A stretch of 63,660 bases of DNA, the filler included, from Stramenopiles sp. TOSAG23-2 (taxonomy: Eukaryota): NCBI GenBank assembly GCA_900128395.1. It is 8 parts of 8 records of this genome, joined end to end, with 100 filler letters (N's around TTAATTAATTAA, not from the genome) between each part and the next. Parts side by side here need not be neighbours in the genome. Positions count along the whole stretch, not along the records: positions 1 to 26,826 come from LT649427.1; 7 more parts are not named here. One strand, given 5' to 3'. Below, piece by piece: positions 12,568-24,682 of this stretch (its first letter is position 1; each line of letters starts with the position of its first letter). The notes beneath the pieces are model-generated. The model saw only the letters and a program-made list of their open reading frames with translations, was not told where the DNA came from and ran no database searches. The position numbers and the translations under genes are program-made.

Positions 12568-12895
12568 AAAATTAAAAAATATTTATTATAAATATGACAG
12601 TATATATATATATTTATATAATAATTTATAACAATGTATTATGTGTAATTATATGATATTTTAAATATATGCATATATATGTTTCATGGTCGTGTAAAAA
12701 GACCAAAAAATGACATGTTTTTATATGTTATTGTTTCTAAATTTATTTTGACATTTGAATTCTTGCGTTTTATCTTTGAACCTTCCTACTATATACACAT
12801 AACGTGCATGACGATCATTTTGTGATGCAATGATAATGTACAATCCGATAATGATATGATTTTACCATCCATTACTATCTTTAAATGATTTTGAT

Positions 12896-13810
12896 ATGAT
12901 ATTATATATGCTGGAGTTGCCTAAAAGCATCACGGCGGATTATCTAAGCAATTTTCATTACGATAGCAGAGAGGAATTATACGAAGACTGGTTGGCGAGG
13001 TGGGATCAGCAGTTGGGATATTTGTCATTTTATCTAAGATATCGAAGCCTTCAAATAGCCATGAAAAAGGGGTCTACCGCGCAAACAGCAATGGAAAATG
13101 CAATGAGGGTACCAGGATTTGAACTTTTAATGACAGAGGAGAAATATCGAAGAGTCCAATTAGCAATTCAAGGCACGGCATCTAAAACAGGAGGAAAAAT
13201 ACAATACAACAGCCCTATTGTTATTTTGGACGTGAATAATAAAAACATGCTACAATACAACATGCCTGCCGAATTTGCGAAAATGATAGAAGATGTAACA
13301 ACTTTACTATCAAACGGCCATATATTGTTCAAGTCATGCTTCTTCTAAACATTTTGATCTTATATTTGCTCAAAAAAATCATGTTCAATCGTTTGATAAG
13401 GATCTAATAGCAATGATGTGTCGAATCAATAACACAATATTTATTGAGAAACCACAAAGGCGGGCTGCTCCAAATTTCAATCAGTATATTGCAGAGAATA
13501 TCGATACGTTACCAGAAGTAACATATAAGATTTCAGATAATGATGGCAGTTCCCGTCTTCAACGAGATTGGAGTGTGTGGTGTAACGTTAAGGGGAGCGA
13601 GTAAAACTAATGACGTTAATAATATAAATATAATATATGTCATCGAGGACGATACCTTAGTGAAGATCAAGACGATGTATACAAGAAACTATAGGCAGAA
13701 GCAACCAAATGTCCAGGGAAATTTAATGTACATGGCAAAACGATATTTGGTGACGATACACCAATACCTGGCAATGTTATCCTTAAGTGTTACAATTAGG
13801 GTTATATATT
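12896..13810 (+). pseudogene. Doubly frameshifted orphan coding sequence (possible degenerate virus/transposon gene)
   Basis: Three overlapping ORFs in three frames (12896-13348; frame open from about 13320 to 13604; 13540 onwards) with protein-like composition and no clear introns. Confidence 0.45.
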
Positions 13811-14029
13811 TGGATCGATGGTTTTTTAGTTTTTATTATATTTTTTTTTTGAATTTCGAAAAAAAAAAATCGCTTTATATTATTTTAAAAAAACAAAACT
13901 ATAAATCACAAAATAAGCCAAAGACAATCGCAACAAAGAGAAATTAAAAAGATCCCTACCTCCCAACCATTTTTAGTGTATTGAATCACAATAATAACAA
14001 CAAGGTATATATATATATATTTTAGAAAG

Positions 14030-14788
14030 ATGACACGTGCATCCACTCGACGTGCTGCAAAAGCAGCTAAAAATGATAATGATGAGAACAATAATAGTAG
14101 TAGTACTACTACAACAGTAGTTGATAAGGAAAATGCAAATAATGGTTCAGCAACTGTTGGGAAACATTCAAAAACCAAGAGCATTGCGGCTTTAAATGAT
14201 AAATTAAAACGTATTTTACAAGAAGGTGAGCTGGAATTAGAAGATCGATGCTCAAGTTTGACCTCGAAAGGTAATGTTTACTGTACAAAAATTGAAAATG
14301 CTTTTGCTTTACAAATTATGCGTTTGCCAAAAAGTGTACAAAGTATGCCGTTAGAAGAGTTTAAAAGTACATATGGTTTTGACGTACGGGCTGCTATAAA
14401 AAATGTTGGGGGGACAAAACGAAAAGCTGGTATTATCAGTGGTGGTAGTAGTTCATCGTCATCATCTAAAGGTATGGTTGTCCCACAAACACCAAGCGGT
14501 CGAACGACAAATAGTTTACTTAGTAATTTTAGTGCCATAAAAACGTCGTTTGTACGAAGGCAACGTGATGGTGATCAATCATCATCCACCAACAATGATA
14601 GTAATAATAATATGGAGGATCTGCCAAAAGTCGAGTTAGAATTAACTGATGCAGTAACTGGTAAACAAATCAATGCCAGTGATCCAAATGCTGCGAAAAA
14701 TTTAACTGCTGAGTCGAAACAAGAAGTTTTAAGCCATTTGTCATCATTGCAAGATCAAATTTCTGATTTAATGAAACAATTTAGTTGA
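14030..14788 (+). CDS. Borealin/Nbl1-like chromosomal passenger complex subunit
   Basis: ELELEDRCSSL...IENAFALQIMRLPKSVQSMPLEEFKSTY resembles the borealin N-terminal motif; TP site and C-terminal helix. Confidence 0.65.
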   Translation: MTRASTRRAAKAAKNDNDENNNSSSTTTTVVDKENANNGSATVGKHSKTKSIAALNDKLKRILQEGELELEDRCSSLTSKGNVYCTKIENAFALQIMRLPKSVQSMPLEEFKSTYGFDVRAAIKNVGGTKRKAGIISGGSSSSSSSKGMVVPQTPSGRTTNSLLSNFSAIKTSFVRRQRDGDQSSSTNNDSNNNMEDLPKVELELTDAVTGKQINASDPNAAKNLTAESKQEVLSHLSSLQDQISDLMKQFS

Positions 14789-15007
14789 GTAGAAAGAATA
14801 TGATATAACGAGAGAGAAATTTATTAGGTTTACAAATCATAATATGATAAAGTGTTGTTGTTTTTTCGCATTTTTAAAATAAAAATTACGTAGTAAAAAA
14901 AGGTAAAAAATGAAAAAAATAGCAGAGGACGAAAAAAATACTCTTTTATTTACGAGATTTCCTATTTTTTTCTTTTTTACGAAGTTGTAACACACACACT
15001 GGTGTGA

Positions 15008-17446
15008 TCATGATTTTATTTTCATAGGTGAAGGAGGTGCTGCTGTCTCAATGCCCCAATTACCTGCTTCTTCAATATCAGATGTTAATTCAAATTCTAA
15101 TATAACATCGCCACCTGTAACAATATCCTTATGTCGAATCCAACTTTTATTATAAAGTTTACCATTCAATTTCATCGATTTAATATAATGATGATCCATC
15201 GATGCATTTGGTGCTAAAATAATTAAATTTCCATCACTTTTCCCATTTTTCTCTCCACCAAATGATGATGTCGACATAATAATTTCTTGAAATGAAGGAG
15301 CAATGATGAAGTACCAATCTTGACCCATCATTGGGTATAAACCAATCATACCACACATGTAATTAGCACTGTGGCAACCCATATCTTCATTATCTGGTAA
15401 ACCTATTCGAGATGTATCATATGCAAGATCTAATAATGCACGAGCAGTGTATGAAGATTTATTCGGGCATTTTGCATAATGATACAAATACGGAATATGC
15501 ATGAATGTTTCTTTTGGTGTAATACGAAATTTATCCGAAAATAAAACATCTAACCGTTTTTCAAACTCTTTTTCACCACCAGAACGCTGTACTAAACCGT
15601 GAAAATCATGTTGTACATTGTAGGACCATAATATCGATGGACCTTCATAAAAAAATGGATCATTCCATGCATCTGGGAGTGTTTGCAGTGGATGGAAATC
15701 TTGTATCCATTCGCCATTTTCATTTTTAGGGGCAAAAACTTTCATATCCTCTCTCCATAAATTCCATACTTTTTTAGAGCTTTCATAGGAAAATTGTGCT
15801 AATTTCTCTTTTCCTAGTAATTGTGCTAAATTTCCAGTACACCAATCTTGATATGCATATTCTAAATGTCTCGATACGCAATTAATCGTTTCCTCTGTTG
15901 GTACGTATCCTAATTTGCTATATCCCTTTAAATACCGCCCACTTAAAAATGGATCTGGCGGCGCCACTTTATTATTTTTTTCCATATAACTTAATGCTTT
16001 TTCATAATCAATATTCTTTAATCCTTTTAAATATGCTTCATTGAACAATATATCGCATGAACATCCACCTTGAACATGTGCACCGTGGCCAGTGATCCAT
16101 GCATCTTTGAAAAATCCTGTTTTCTCAGCAACATCAAGCCAGCAATTCAAAAAATCACGTTCCAATTCCGGGGCAAATAGAGTAATAAATGAATTTGCAT
16201 TACGAACACTGTCCCATACGCAATAAAATTCACTGAAATGTCTGACGCCACTTTTCCATTTACCATTTTCCTCATCAATTCCTAAATCGCTTGGCATGCA
16301 TAATATACGTGTTAAAAATGTATAAAATATTTTCCTTTGTTGCTTAGTACCACCTTTCATAATACATATACGATCAAAGTATGTTTTCCATTTTAATCTA
16401 CTACTTTGAATAATCGTATCAAAGGATTGATTTAATAATTGGCTTTCCATGCTTTCACGAGCTGCAGCAATGGATACAAAGCTAATACCCACACGAATAT
16501 TTATAACATTGTTGCTACTGTGTTCACCAACACTTTTAAATTGTGCAATTGTTTTACAAATTGAACCAGATGCATACGTAGAATTTTCAACATATGATGG
16601 AGTAGTGGTACCGCCCATCCAATTTTGAAGACCGGAGAGGAACGTTTTATTATCACGTGCTCTATTGGTACTTTTATTATTTGTGCAATAAATCATGGAT
16701 GGTTTTTTATCGATCATACCATAACAATATATATTATAATCAAATTGATGACCCCATCCACCATAAAAAGTACCACTGCCAAAGAAACTTTGATCACTAT
16801 CCCATTCAACATTAGCATTTTTACATTTAGCAGGCGCATGGATAGCAGAGATATCAATCAATATATTGTTATTTTGATCCTGATGATTTTTGGGAAAAGT
16901 GAAACGAGAAAAACCTCCACGAGTTGATGATGTCAGTTCAACTCGAATATGTGAAGGAATCAACTTTACAGTGTAATAACCAATTGAGGCATGCTCACTT
17001 TTCCGTTCGTATTTTAATTTATCCACATTACCGTTTATAATATCATCATTAGTATTATTGTTTATAAATGGTGTTAAGCTAATGTTTCCAAACCTTCCGT
17101 CCCCTCCAGTTCCACTAACATGTGTATGAGAAAATCCTTGTAAGGGTTTATCTGTTTGATATCCATTTGTACGTTGCATTGGAATTGTATCTGGGGATAG
17201 GCGTACCAATGCCAATGGTGTATATGGTCCACATAATACAGCACCGGGGCCATCTACTCCAATAAAAGGATTTACATAATTCAACGGTGCTTCACATGGA
17301 TATGGTTCAGGAGTTGGTCTTTCCATTTCTGCTTTTCGTATACAACTGTTAATTTTGTTGACTAACTTTTCAGGATATTTTTTAAATACATAATTTGATG
17401 TAGTCATTGTTGTATTTTCCATATTATCAATCAGCACTTTCGACAT
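15008..17446 (-). CDS. GH92 alpha-1,2-mannosidase
   Basis: YVNPFIG, RLSPDT, GFSHTHVSGTG, VGISFVS, VSRHLEYAYQDW, FYEG...W.Y.VQHD, HIPYLY, GLPDNEDMG, GLYP. Confidence 0.93.
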   Translation of the reverse strand: MSKVLIDNMENTTMTTSNYVFKKYPEKLVNKINSCIRKAEMERPTPEPYPCEAPLNYVNPFIGVDGPGAVLCGPYTPLALVRLSPDTIPMQRTNGYQTDKPLQGFSHTHVSGTGGDGRFGNISLTPFINNNTNDDIINGNVDKLKYERKSEHASIGYYTVKLIPSHIRVELTSSTRGGFSRFTFPKNHQDQNNNILIDISAIHAPAKCKNANVEWDSDQSFFGSGTFYGGWGHQFDYNIYCYGMIDKKPSMIYCTNNKSTNRARDNKTFLSGLQNWMGGTTTPSYVENSTYASGSICKTIAQFKSVGEHSSNNVINIRVGISFVSIAAARESMESQLLNQSFDTIIQSSRLKWKTYFDRICIMKGGTKQQRKIFYTFLTRILCMPSDLGIDEENGKWKSGVRHFSEFYCVWDSVRNANSFITLFAPELERDFLNCWLDVAEKTGFFKDAWITGHGAHVQGGCSCDILFNEAYLKGLKNIDYEKALSYMEKNNKVAPPDPFLSGRYLKGYSKLGYVPTEETINCVSRHLEYAYQDWCTGNLAQLLGKEKLAQFSYESSKKVWNLWREDMKVFAPKNENGEWIQDFHPLQTLPDAWNDPFFYEGPSILWSYNVQHDFHGLVQRSGGEKEFEKRLDVLFSDKFRITPKETFMHIPYLYHYAKCPNKSSYTARALLDLAYDTSRIGLPDNEDMGCHSANYMCGMIGLYPMMGQDWYFIIAPSFQEIIMSTSSFGGEKNGKSDGNLIILAPNASMDHHYIKSMKLNGKLYNKSWIRHKDIVTGGDVILEFELTSDIEEAGNWGIETAAPPSPMKIKS

Positions 17447-17827
17447 AATTTCTAATAATAGTAATGATAATTGTAAAGATGGGGTCTAAATATTATTAAT
17501 GAATCTTTCTTGGTTTTATATAGTTTTATTTATCTATGTATTCTATATTTTTCTTTTCATTACTTTTTTTTCTTTCTGCATGTTTGTCTTTCAGTCTTTG
17601 ATAAAAACAGTTTTTTTGTATGATGCTCTTTATATATATACAGTACCATGTATATGAAGAAGATATATTCATCAGTCTAACACAGTTGCATATATTAATC
17701 TCATCTATATAATTAGATGATGAATATCTTCACTTCTATAATATGTATAATATAGAGAGCATCATACAAAAAAAATCATTTTTATCAATACAAATAAATG
17801 AAAACATCTAATATATATATATAACGA

Positions 17828-18736
17828 ATGACAAGAAAAAAAATGTCTAATGATGGAAAATATTTTACAACTGGGGGAATTATAGTGACAGGATGTTCGC
17901 GTGGAATTGGGGAAGCAATTGCATTGGAGTTATGTAAGTTGAATCAGAATATTATAATTTCAGGCAGAAATAGAAAAGATTTAATGAGTGTTGCTATTAA
18001 ATGTAATGATAAAAATCCAAAGTCAAAATGTATTCCTGTTGCTGGCGATGTAACAGATTCGAAACATTTAAAAAGATTGGTGGATGTATGTCTTCAAAAA
18101 TTTGGTTCGATCAATTCTATCGTCTGCAATGCTGGTACTGCCGAACCACTAGGTCCAATGTCTGATATAACAAAAGAAGGTTTTCAACATATTTTTAATG
18201 TTAATGTTGTTCAATCATTTGAGTTATATAAATTTGCTCGTTTAGAATTATTAAGAAACAAAGGCCGTATAATAAATATAAGTAGTGGTGCATCTGTGAC
18301 AGCATTGCCAGGTGGTACACCATATTCAACTACAAAAGCAGCTTTGAACATGTTAAGTGCAGGAATAAGATCCGAAGGGGTAGATTGCATTGCCTTACGT
18401 CCAGGCAGTGTTGATACACCGATGCTACGAAAAAATCTTGATCCAGATACAAATGCAAGATTACAAAAAGGAAAAGCAGTTGGTACTGATGAAAATGGTT
18501 TTGCATTAGCAGTTAAAAATGCATATGCTGATGGTACAGTTTTAAATGCATCGCAACCTGGTAGAGCAATTGCTGTATTAGCTGCTACTATTAAATGGCC
18601 TGATGATATATATGAAGATACAGCTGTAAATATAAAATCAGCAACAATTAAATCTGGTGAAAAAAATAGTAAGACAAAACCAATTGTAAAGAATTGGAAT
18701 GATCCTGAGATTGGAGACATGGTCAGTAAGATTTAA
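17828..18736 (+). CDS. Short-chain dehydrogenase/reductase
   Basis: TGCSRGIG, CNAG, INISSGA, YSTTK, LRPGSVDTPM. Confidence 0.92.
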   Translation: MTRKKMSNDGKYFTTGGIIVTGCSRGIGEAIALELCKLNQNIIISGRNRKDLMSVAIKCNDKNPKSKCIPVAGDVTDSKHLKRLVDVCLQKFGSINSIVCNAGTAEPLGPMSDITKEGFQHIFNVNVVQSFELYKFARLELLRNKGRIINISSGASVTALPGGTPYSTTKAALNMLSAGIRSEGVDCIALRPGSVDTPMLRKNLDPDTNARLQKGKAVGTDENGFALAVKNAYADGTVLNASQPGRAIAVLAATIKWPDDIYEDTAVNIKSATIKSGEKNSKTKPIVKNWNDPEIGDMVSKI

Positions 18737-19044
18737 AACGTGGAAGAAAAAAAGGTTTTTTTGTAAAAGTCAAAGAGAGAGTTAGAGTGTGTTGTTTGTG
18801 TATTTATACACATTTTATATATTACGCTCGTATATATTTTATATTTTTTTTATTACGGGAGTTATTGACACATTTTATGAGATATAGATATATTAATATT
18901 GGCTCAAACACTAATATAATTCTTTTGGGAGTATAGGGTTGTCATGGGAAGAAATAAAAAAAGTATTTAAAAAAAATAATTTATGCGGGTCGTACTTTAT
19001 TACTCGTATATTACTTTTATTTGTGCGTATATATATAAAATGAA

Positions 19045-19195
19045 ATACCATCTATTTACCTTCATTGGTTTTCTCTATTATGGGAATATCAACACATTAG
19101 TGTGAGATAGATTATTTCAGTTATCATATTGTATTCTTTTGAAGAGTAGGAATTATCATGAGTAAATTCAAACAATAAATTATGCGTAAATTAAT
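19045..19195 (-). repeat. Dispersed repeat family A copy
   Basis: taccatctatttaccttcattgg...gtgtgagatagattatttcag...gaagagtaggaattatcatgagtaaatt...tatgcgtaaatt, reverse complement of 55159-55300. Confidence 0.9.
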
Positions 19196-19243
19196 ATATA
19201 TTATACGAAGTATATAATATCATTTTTTTAAACATCCCTTATT

Positions 19244-20836
19244 TTACACAACTTGACCTTGTGCCAATACAATATCCAAAGCACCAATTAATTTCAACAT
19301 TTCTGTTTGCAATTCCACTTCTTCTTTTATTCTTGCATTTAATTTAAATATCAAATCATCAATAGATGGACTTTGACCTAATACGTCTGTATAAATGCCA
19401 ATTAATTCTGTACAAACACCTATTAACAATTTACTATAACGTGGATTTGTTATATATTTAATTAAAAAAGACATAACAGGTTCCAATGTCGTGTCATCTC
19501 TTCCACTTAATGCAATTGACAAGGTACCACGAGCAACCAGTTCACTTAACATACTTGCAACAACTGCGGGTTGTCTTGTTGCCAATGCAGCATCTAATGC
19601 ACCACGATGATGGAATTGTTTCAATAATTTATCATATTTTTGCAATTTTTTCTTTTTTTTTATTTCTACACGAAAATCATCTACACCAGCTTTTGCATTT
19701 TTACCCCTAGAAAAAAATTTAAACGTACCACCAAATAAACGTGGTGATCCATTTAAATTCCGTTTTAAGTATCCTATACTATTTAATGTCATTTCCTCTT
19801 CTGTTAATTTCTTCGTAAAATCTTTAACTTCTTGACTTGATTTTAAATCACGATTCCGTATTGATAATGTACCATCATTCATACCAACAACTAATCTACC
19901 ATTATTAGGTGAAACACCTAATGCTAAAATTGGTTTTTCATATTTTAATCCATGTGCTACTTGATATGTTTTTGCATCATATATTTTAACATGTCCATCT
20001 AAACCAGCTGATAATATTCTATTTTCCGTGCCATCTAGACACAAACTTGTTATTGTTTTTTGATGATTGGACCATGAACGTACAAGTCTACCACCACCTA
20101 AAATATCCCATACTTTAATTTCATTTCCACCTGCACTTATTAATAAACCACCACCTGGCATGCAAATGACAGCATTTACAGGATCTCCATGATTCATTTC
20201 AACAACCGGTTTTTGGGGGGATCTAATATCCCATAATTTAATTGTTCGATCCATACTACCTGTAATCCATGTATCTAAATTTGCCGGGTTGCTTGATGCA
20301 CATCGTACATAATCCTCATGACCTTTAAAAACACCAGTACATTTACCACTGGCAATGTCCCAATACCTTGCCGTATTATCATCAGAGCAACTAAATACAT
20401 TTTTCCTAGTAACAGCCCATTTTACAACTTGCACTGGCCTTGTATGGCCTTCTAATATGCGCAATTGGGCCTTTGTATCGGTTTGAAAAATTTTAACAAC
20501 AGGCACTTTGCATCCAGCCGCTAATAATTTGCCATCGTTTCGTAAGGTTCCTGAATATGCAACATCTTTAAACCTACTAAATGTTTTTGATACCGTATTT
20601 TTTCTACAAGAATATACATGTACTCGTGTTGACGAGGTTACAACAAAATCATATGGTATAGTAGGACAAAAATCAATAGCAGTCACAGGTGCTGCTTTCC
20701 TTTCCACAACTGGATTTTTAAATTTCTTCCAATATCGTACTTCTGCTGTATCCCGTACCATTAATTGTGGAAAACGTTGTACTGCAGTTGCTTTATATTC
20801 ATTAGAAGCAGGTTTTAACGTGTTTGAAACACTCAT
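19244..20836 (-). CDS. UTP15: U3 snoRNA-associated protein 15 (WD40 plus UTP15_C)
   Basis: E.RYWKKFK, FSRFKDVAYS..LRNDGKLL, GHEDYVR, NHQKTITSL, C-terminal ALSGRDD..LEP..FL.KYI.NPRY. Confidence 0.95.
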   Translation of the reverse strand: MSVSNTLKPASNEYKATAVQRFPQLMVRDTAEVRYWKKFKNPVVERKAAPVTAIDFCPTIPYDFVVTSSTRVHVYSCRKNTVSKTFSRFKDVAYSGTLRNDGKLLAAGCKVPVVKIFQTDTKAQLRILEGHTRPVQVVKWAVTRKNVFSCSDDNTARYWDIASGKCTGVFKGHEDYVRCASSNPANLDTWITGSMDRTIKLWDIRSPQKPVVEMNHGDPVNAVICMPGGGLLISAGGNEIKVWDILGGGRLVRSWSNHQKTITSLCLDGTENRILSAGLDGHVKIYDAKTYQVAHGLKYEKPILALGVSPNNGRLVVGMNDGTLSIRNRDLKSSQEVKDFTKKLTEEEMTLNSIGYLKRNLNGSPRLFGGTFKFFSRGKNAKAGVDDFRVEIKKKKKLQKYDKLLKQFHHRGALDAALATRQPAVVASMLSELVARGTLSIALSGRDDTTLEPVMSFLIKYITNPRYSKLLIGVCTELIGIYTDVLGQSPSIDDLIFKLNARIKEEVELQTEMLKLIGALDIVLAQGQVV

Positions 20837-21136
20837 ATTATTGATGGAATTAATTTAATTTGGTTATATATATATATGTGTGTGTGTGTGTATATTACAA
20901 TAATTTTTTGCTGTATATGATTGTTATTTATTTTTTTTCGCACTGTTTGTGTATGTAAGACAATAGAAGAGAACTATGTCTATCTATTCTAATATTATAC
21001 TGTGTAATATTAGTTCATTAATTAGATTAGATACAGTTTTCCTTGTTGTATCTGTATATATATCTGTCAATACTTATTATCGATATATATATTATTCACA
21101 CAAAATGGATGGTTATTGTTATTGTGGGAGAAGAAG

Positions 21137-21159
21137 TTAGGGTTAGGGTTAGGGTTAGG
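21137..21159 (+). repeat. Interstitial telomeric repeat (TTAGGG)3TTAGG
   Basis: ttagggttagggttagggttagg in the divergent intergenic region upstream of UTP15. Confidence 0.9.
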
Positions 21160-21435
21160 AATAAATATATTGCCAGATTGCTCGGCGGTGACTTAAATCA
21201 ATGGTGTGTTGATGTTATTGATGAAATAAGTTAAGGTAAATTTACTGTTGCACTTTTTTTGCTGTTTGGCACTTTGGTGCACATTTTTTTAATTATTTGA
21301 AATAATAAATATATATAATAATACAATTTTAGATGTGTTGTTGTTATCATCGTCTATAATGCGTGTTTTGTAATATAATATTGTGAATAAATTCAACAAA
21401 GTGATATCTATCTTGTAAATAGAAAGTCTAAAAAA

Positions 21436-23220
21436 ATGGCAACTCATGTAGTAGATGAACATAATGAAGAACCATTACCAATCGAGGAAGAATCACAAGA
21501 GGAAGAAAATAAACAAGAAGAAATACATAACAAAATAGAAACAACTGCTGAAGATAATAATGTCTATTCATATGATGGGCAAGAAGGTGGAGTTGAGAAT
21601 AACAATAATGATTATTATTACGATTACGATTATGAAAATGATCCAAATTATAATAAATTGTACAACACTGCACATGGATATCCAACATATGAAGAAATAC
21701 AATCTGAACTAGAACAATATAAAGAATATTCAAACCAATTAAATAATTCAATTGAACAACGTGATATACAAATAAATCAACAATATCATCATATTAAAAG
21801 TTTAAAAGATGAAAATAAAAAATTAAAAATGAAAGTTGTAAGTACCATTATAATACTTTCCATTGTTACCATTTCTAACATAAATTCCAAAAATTGTCAT
21901 GTTTCATCATAACAACAGGAAAAACAACAAAGAATATTGAAAGCAAAAGAACGAAGTTTTAAACGTGAAAAAGAAGAATTACAACGAGAAAATAATAATT
22001 TAGCCAAACAATTAAAAATATTAGAAACTGAAGTTTTGAATTTTATGCGATCTCAAGGTATTGAAGATGCTGATTCATTTGATTCAGAAGAAGATGATGA
22101 TGAGGAGGAAGTAGAAGATAATGATTTATACAATAATAGTAATCAAAATGATATTCATGGTTATGTAGAAACGGTTGACATGTGTGTTATATGTAATAAA
22201 GCTGTAGGTTTTTGTGTCCATACAAAACAATCTCCAAAACATCATGCATCCAAAGTATTTTTTCCACCAGATCGTGAGGAAGCTGTTGAATTATCTAGAA
22301 ATAATTACAGATATAATAATAATAAGCATAATATGTCGCATCCACAACATATTCCAGATTTACCAGAAGAACAAGGGAACCATTATCAACAACATATCAC
22401 TGGTAGAGAACAATTTTCATCAAAACCAAGATCATTAATAAATGTACATAATAATAATAATTCTTCAACTAATAATAATATGGATATTCCACAAAAAGAT
22501 GATAGTGATAATGATGATAATATAGAGCAAGAAATACATTTATCGAATGAGAGAAATAAAAAGAACGAAAGGAATAAAATATCACATGTAAATAATGGAA
22601 CTAATCGTATCAATAATAATGCATGGACAAATACAAATAATAATATTGAAACTAGAGAAGAGACAACAAAGAAATTAAAAATCAAACGTCACCAACAAAA
22701 AAGTCAAGATAATCAAAAAGATAATAATGATGAATTGAAAAAGGAGATCTCCCCTCGTAAAAAATCACCACGTAATAAAGTATCTTATGCTAATAGAAGT
22801 AAAGTAACATCTGATGTAGTAGAAACAACTTTTTCAAAAGCATTTGAAAAGGAAGATAAGATTGAAAAGAAGGCTACATGGTTAAAGGATACTAAAGTCG
22901 ACGAGGATGACGCTGATGATAATAATAATACACAACAAGAAGAAAAGAAAATCAAAAAGAAAAAAATTATACCACCACCGCCATTAAGTGAAAAACCAGC
23001 ATCGGCTCGTAGAGCTGCAATACGTCGTGGAGGGGGTAAGCGAATGAATAAGACTGGAAAAATTAAAAAAGGTAAAAGTAAGAAATATTTAATTAATCCT
23101 GAACATAATAAAAGTTTAGCTGATGATTTAAAAGCACCAAATCCAGTGGTAAATAGATTGCCACAACATCTTCGTAGAGTAGTACGAAATAAAAATAAAA
23201 GTAAAAATAATCTTTTGTAA
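21436..23220 (+). CDS. Hypothetical coiled-coil/low-complexity protein, two exons (21436-21837, 21919-23220)
   Basis: An 81-nt GTAAGT...AACAG intron (21838-21918) joins the 158-aa and 427-aa ORFs in frame (KMKV|EKQQRILKAKE). Confidence 0.8.
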
Positions 23221-23782
23221 TATTCATATTATGTGTATACAGAGGGCAAGATTCGAGAGAGAGATACATACCGTATACGTGAAGTATAATACGACGTATC
23301 TTTTTATAAAAATAAATATATATATATATATAATATGATATACCAGGTATAATAATAATTTAAAAATAAAAAACTCTTATTTTTTTAAAAAAACACACGG
23401 CACACAAAAAATGTACGCTCTCCCAGTAATTCTTCAGCTCATCACCAAATTTTTCGTTTTTCGATATTTTTTATTTTTTTTTTTTTATCCTTCTTTTTTT
23501 TTTTTACTTTTTTTTATTTTTTAAAAATATAAAATCTTAATTAAATAATACGTATAGTTTTCATTGATTTAAACACGATGAAATAATTCATGTGTAAATA
23601 TGCATATTGCATGTATTGTATGTATATGATGCGTAATACCGTATGCCATTATAGATATATAATATATATTTATTATCATTCACTTACATGTAAGATAACA
23701 AACATGTATATATATATATACAAATACGAGATACAACAACATATCCTTATATTTTTTTAACGATTAAAACGTTTCAAAATAT

Positions 23783-24682
23783 TTACAAACTCATTTCATA
23801 ACCAAGGCCGAATTTAGCATCGGATTCGATGTTGTTGAAGTTAATTTTAGTTTGTAAGGACAAGGTTGCGCCGTTGTCCATTTTTTGTGCAACTTTGAAT
23901 TGTCCAACGCCATCTTGGCCTACAGCAAATTTAACAGTTTGTGTTGGGTCTCTTACAAATTCTGCACCAACTGTAAGGTTGAAATCTCTGTTTTTAATGG
24001 AATCGCCTTTACCTTGTTTGAATAAGAAGCCCCATGAGGTGGAGGAGCTAACGTTATGGAAAAAACCTGCACTCAAGTTGTTGGATTTGCCTGGTTCGCC
24101 AACTGTTGCACTAAGTTCAAAGTCACCAGTTTTGTATCCGCATTTAACTGCATATGAGTCCATGCCAGAGGCACCGCCATCACCACCGAAAACAGATGGC
24201 ATAAATGAGGAAACAGATGCACCGAAGGAAAAGTTATCCATGGTGAAACCAAGATCAGAATCCATGGTCAAAGCATCGTTGTCGCCGTTTTTGCCAAGGA
24301 AATCCATGCTGTGGTTAAAAACGAATTGATCTTGTGTAAATTCAAAACCAACTTGTGCTGATTCCGCATTACCTTTTCCGGAGCACCATTTTTCAGTTCC
24401 CATGGTGTAACTAGTGTTAAGAACTAATCCATCAACGAAACTTGCTGGGGTGTCTGCTTCGATAACAACTTTACCGTCACTTACGATGTCAATTTTGCTG
24501 AAGTTGATACCAGATTGTTTGAATTTTGCGTTCAATTTTGCACTTTTGCCAAGTTTTGTTTCACTTTTTAAAGAAACGCCACTTGATGTTTTTGCTTTCA
24601 TAGTAAAAGATTTAGCTTGGCTTAAACCAGATTTTTTCCCTAAAAAGTCCTTTGCTTGTTTTCCAATATCAGAGTAAGACAT
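23783..24682 (-). CDS. VDAC: Mitochondrial outer-membrane porin (VDAC)
   Basis: YSDIGKQAKDFL N-terminal helix, alternating beta-strand pattern, C-terminal beta-signal KFGLGYEM. Confidence 0.9.
   Translation of the reverse strand: MSYSDIGKQAKDFLGKKSGLSQAKSFTMKAKTSSGVSLKSETKLGKSAKLNAKFKQSGINFSKIDIVSDGKVVIEADTPASFVDGLVLNTSYTMGTEKWCSGKGNAESAQVGFEFTQDQFVFNHSMDFLGKNGDNDALTMDSDLGFTMDNFSFGASVSSFMPSVFGGDGGASGMDSYAVKCGYKTGDFELSATVGEPGKSNNLSAGFFHNVSSSTSWGFLFKQGKGDSIKNRDFNLTVGAEFVRDPTQTVKFAVGQDGVGQFKVAQKMDNGATLSLQTKINFNNIESDAKFGLGYEMSL

Noticed and set aside
23829-24677. Antisense ORFs over VDAC and similar shadow ORFs over PP2C, CNOT9, SDR, CSE1 and LRR genes
   Set aside because: Explained by codon bias of the real gene on the opposite strand; no independent motifs
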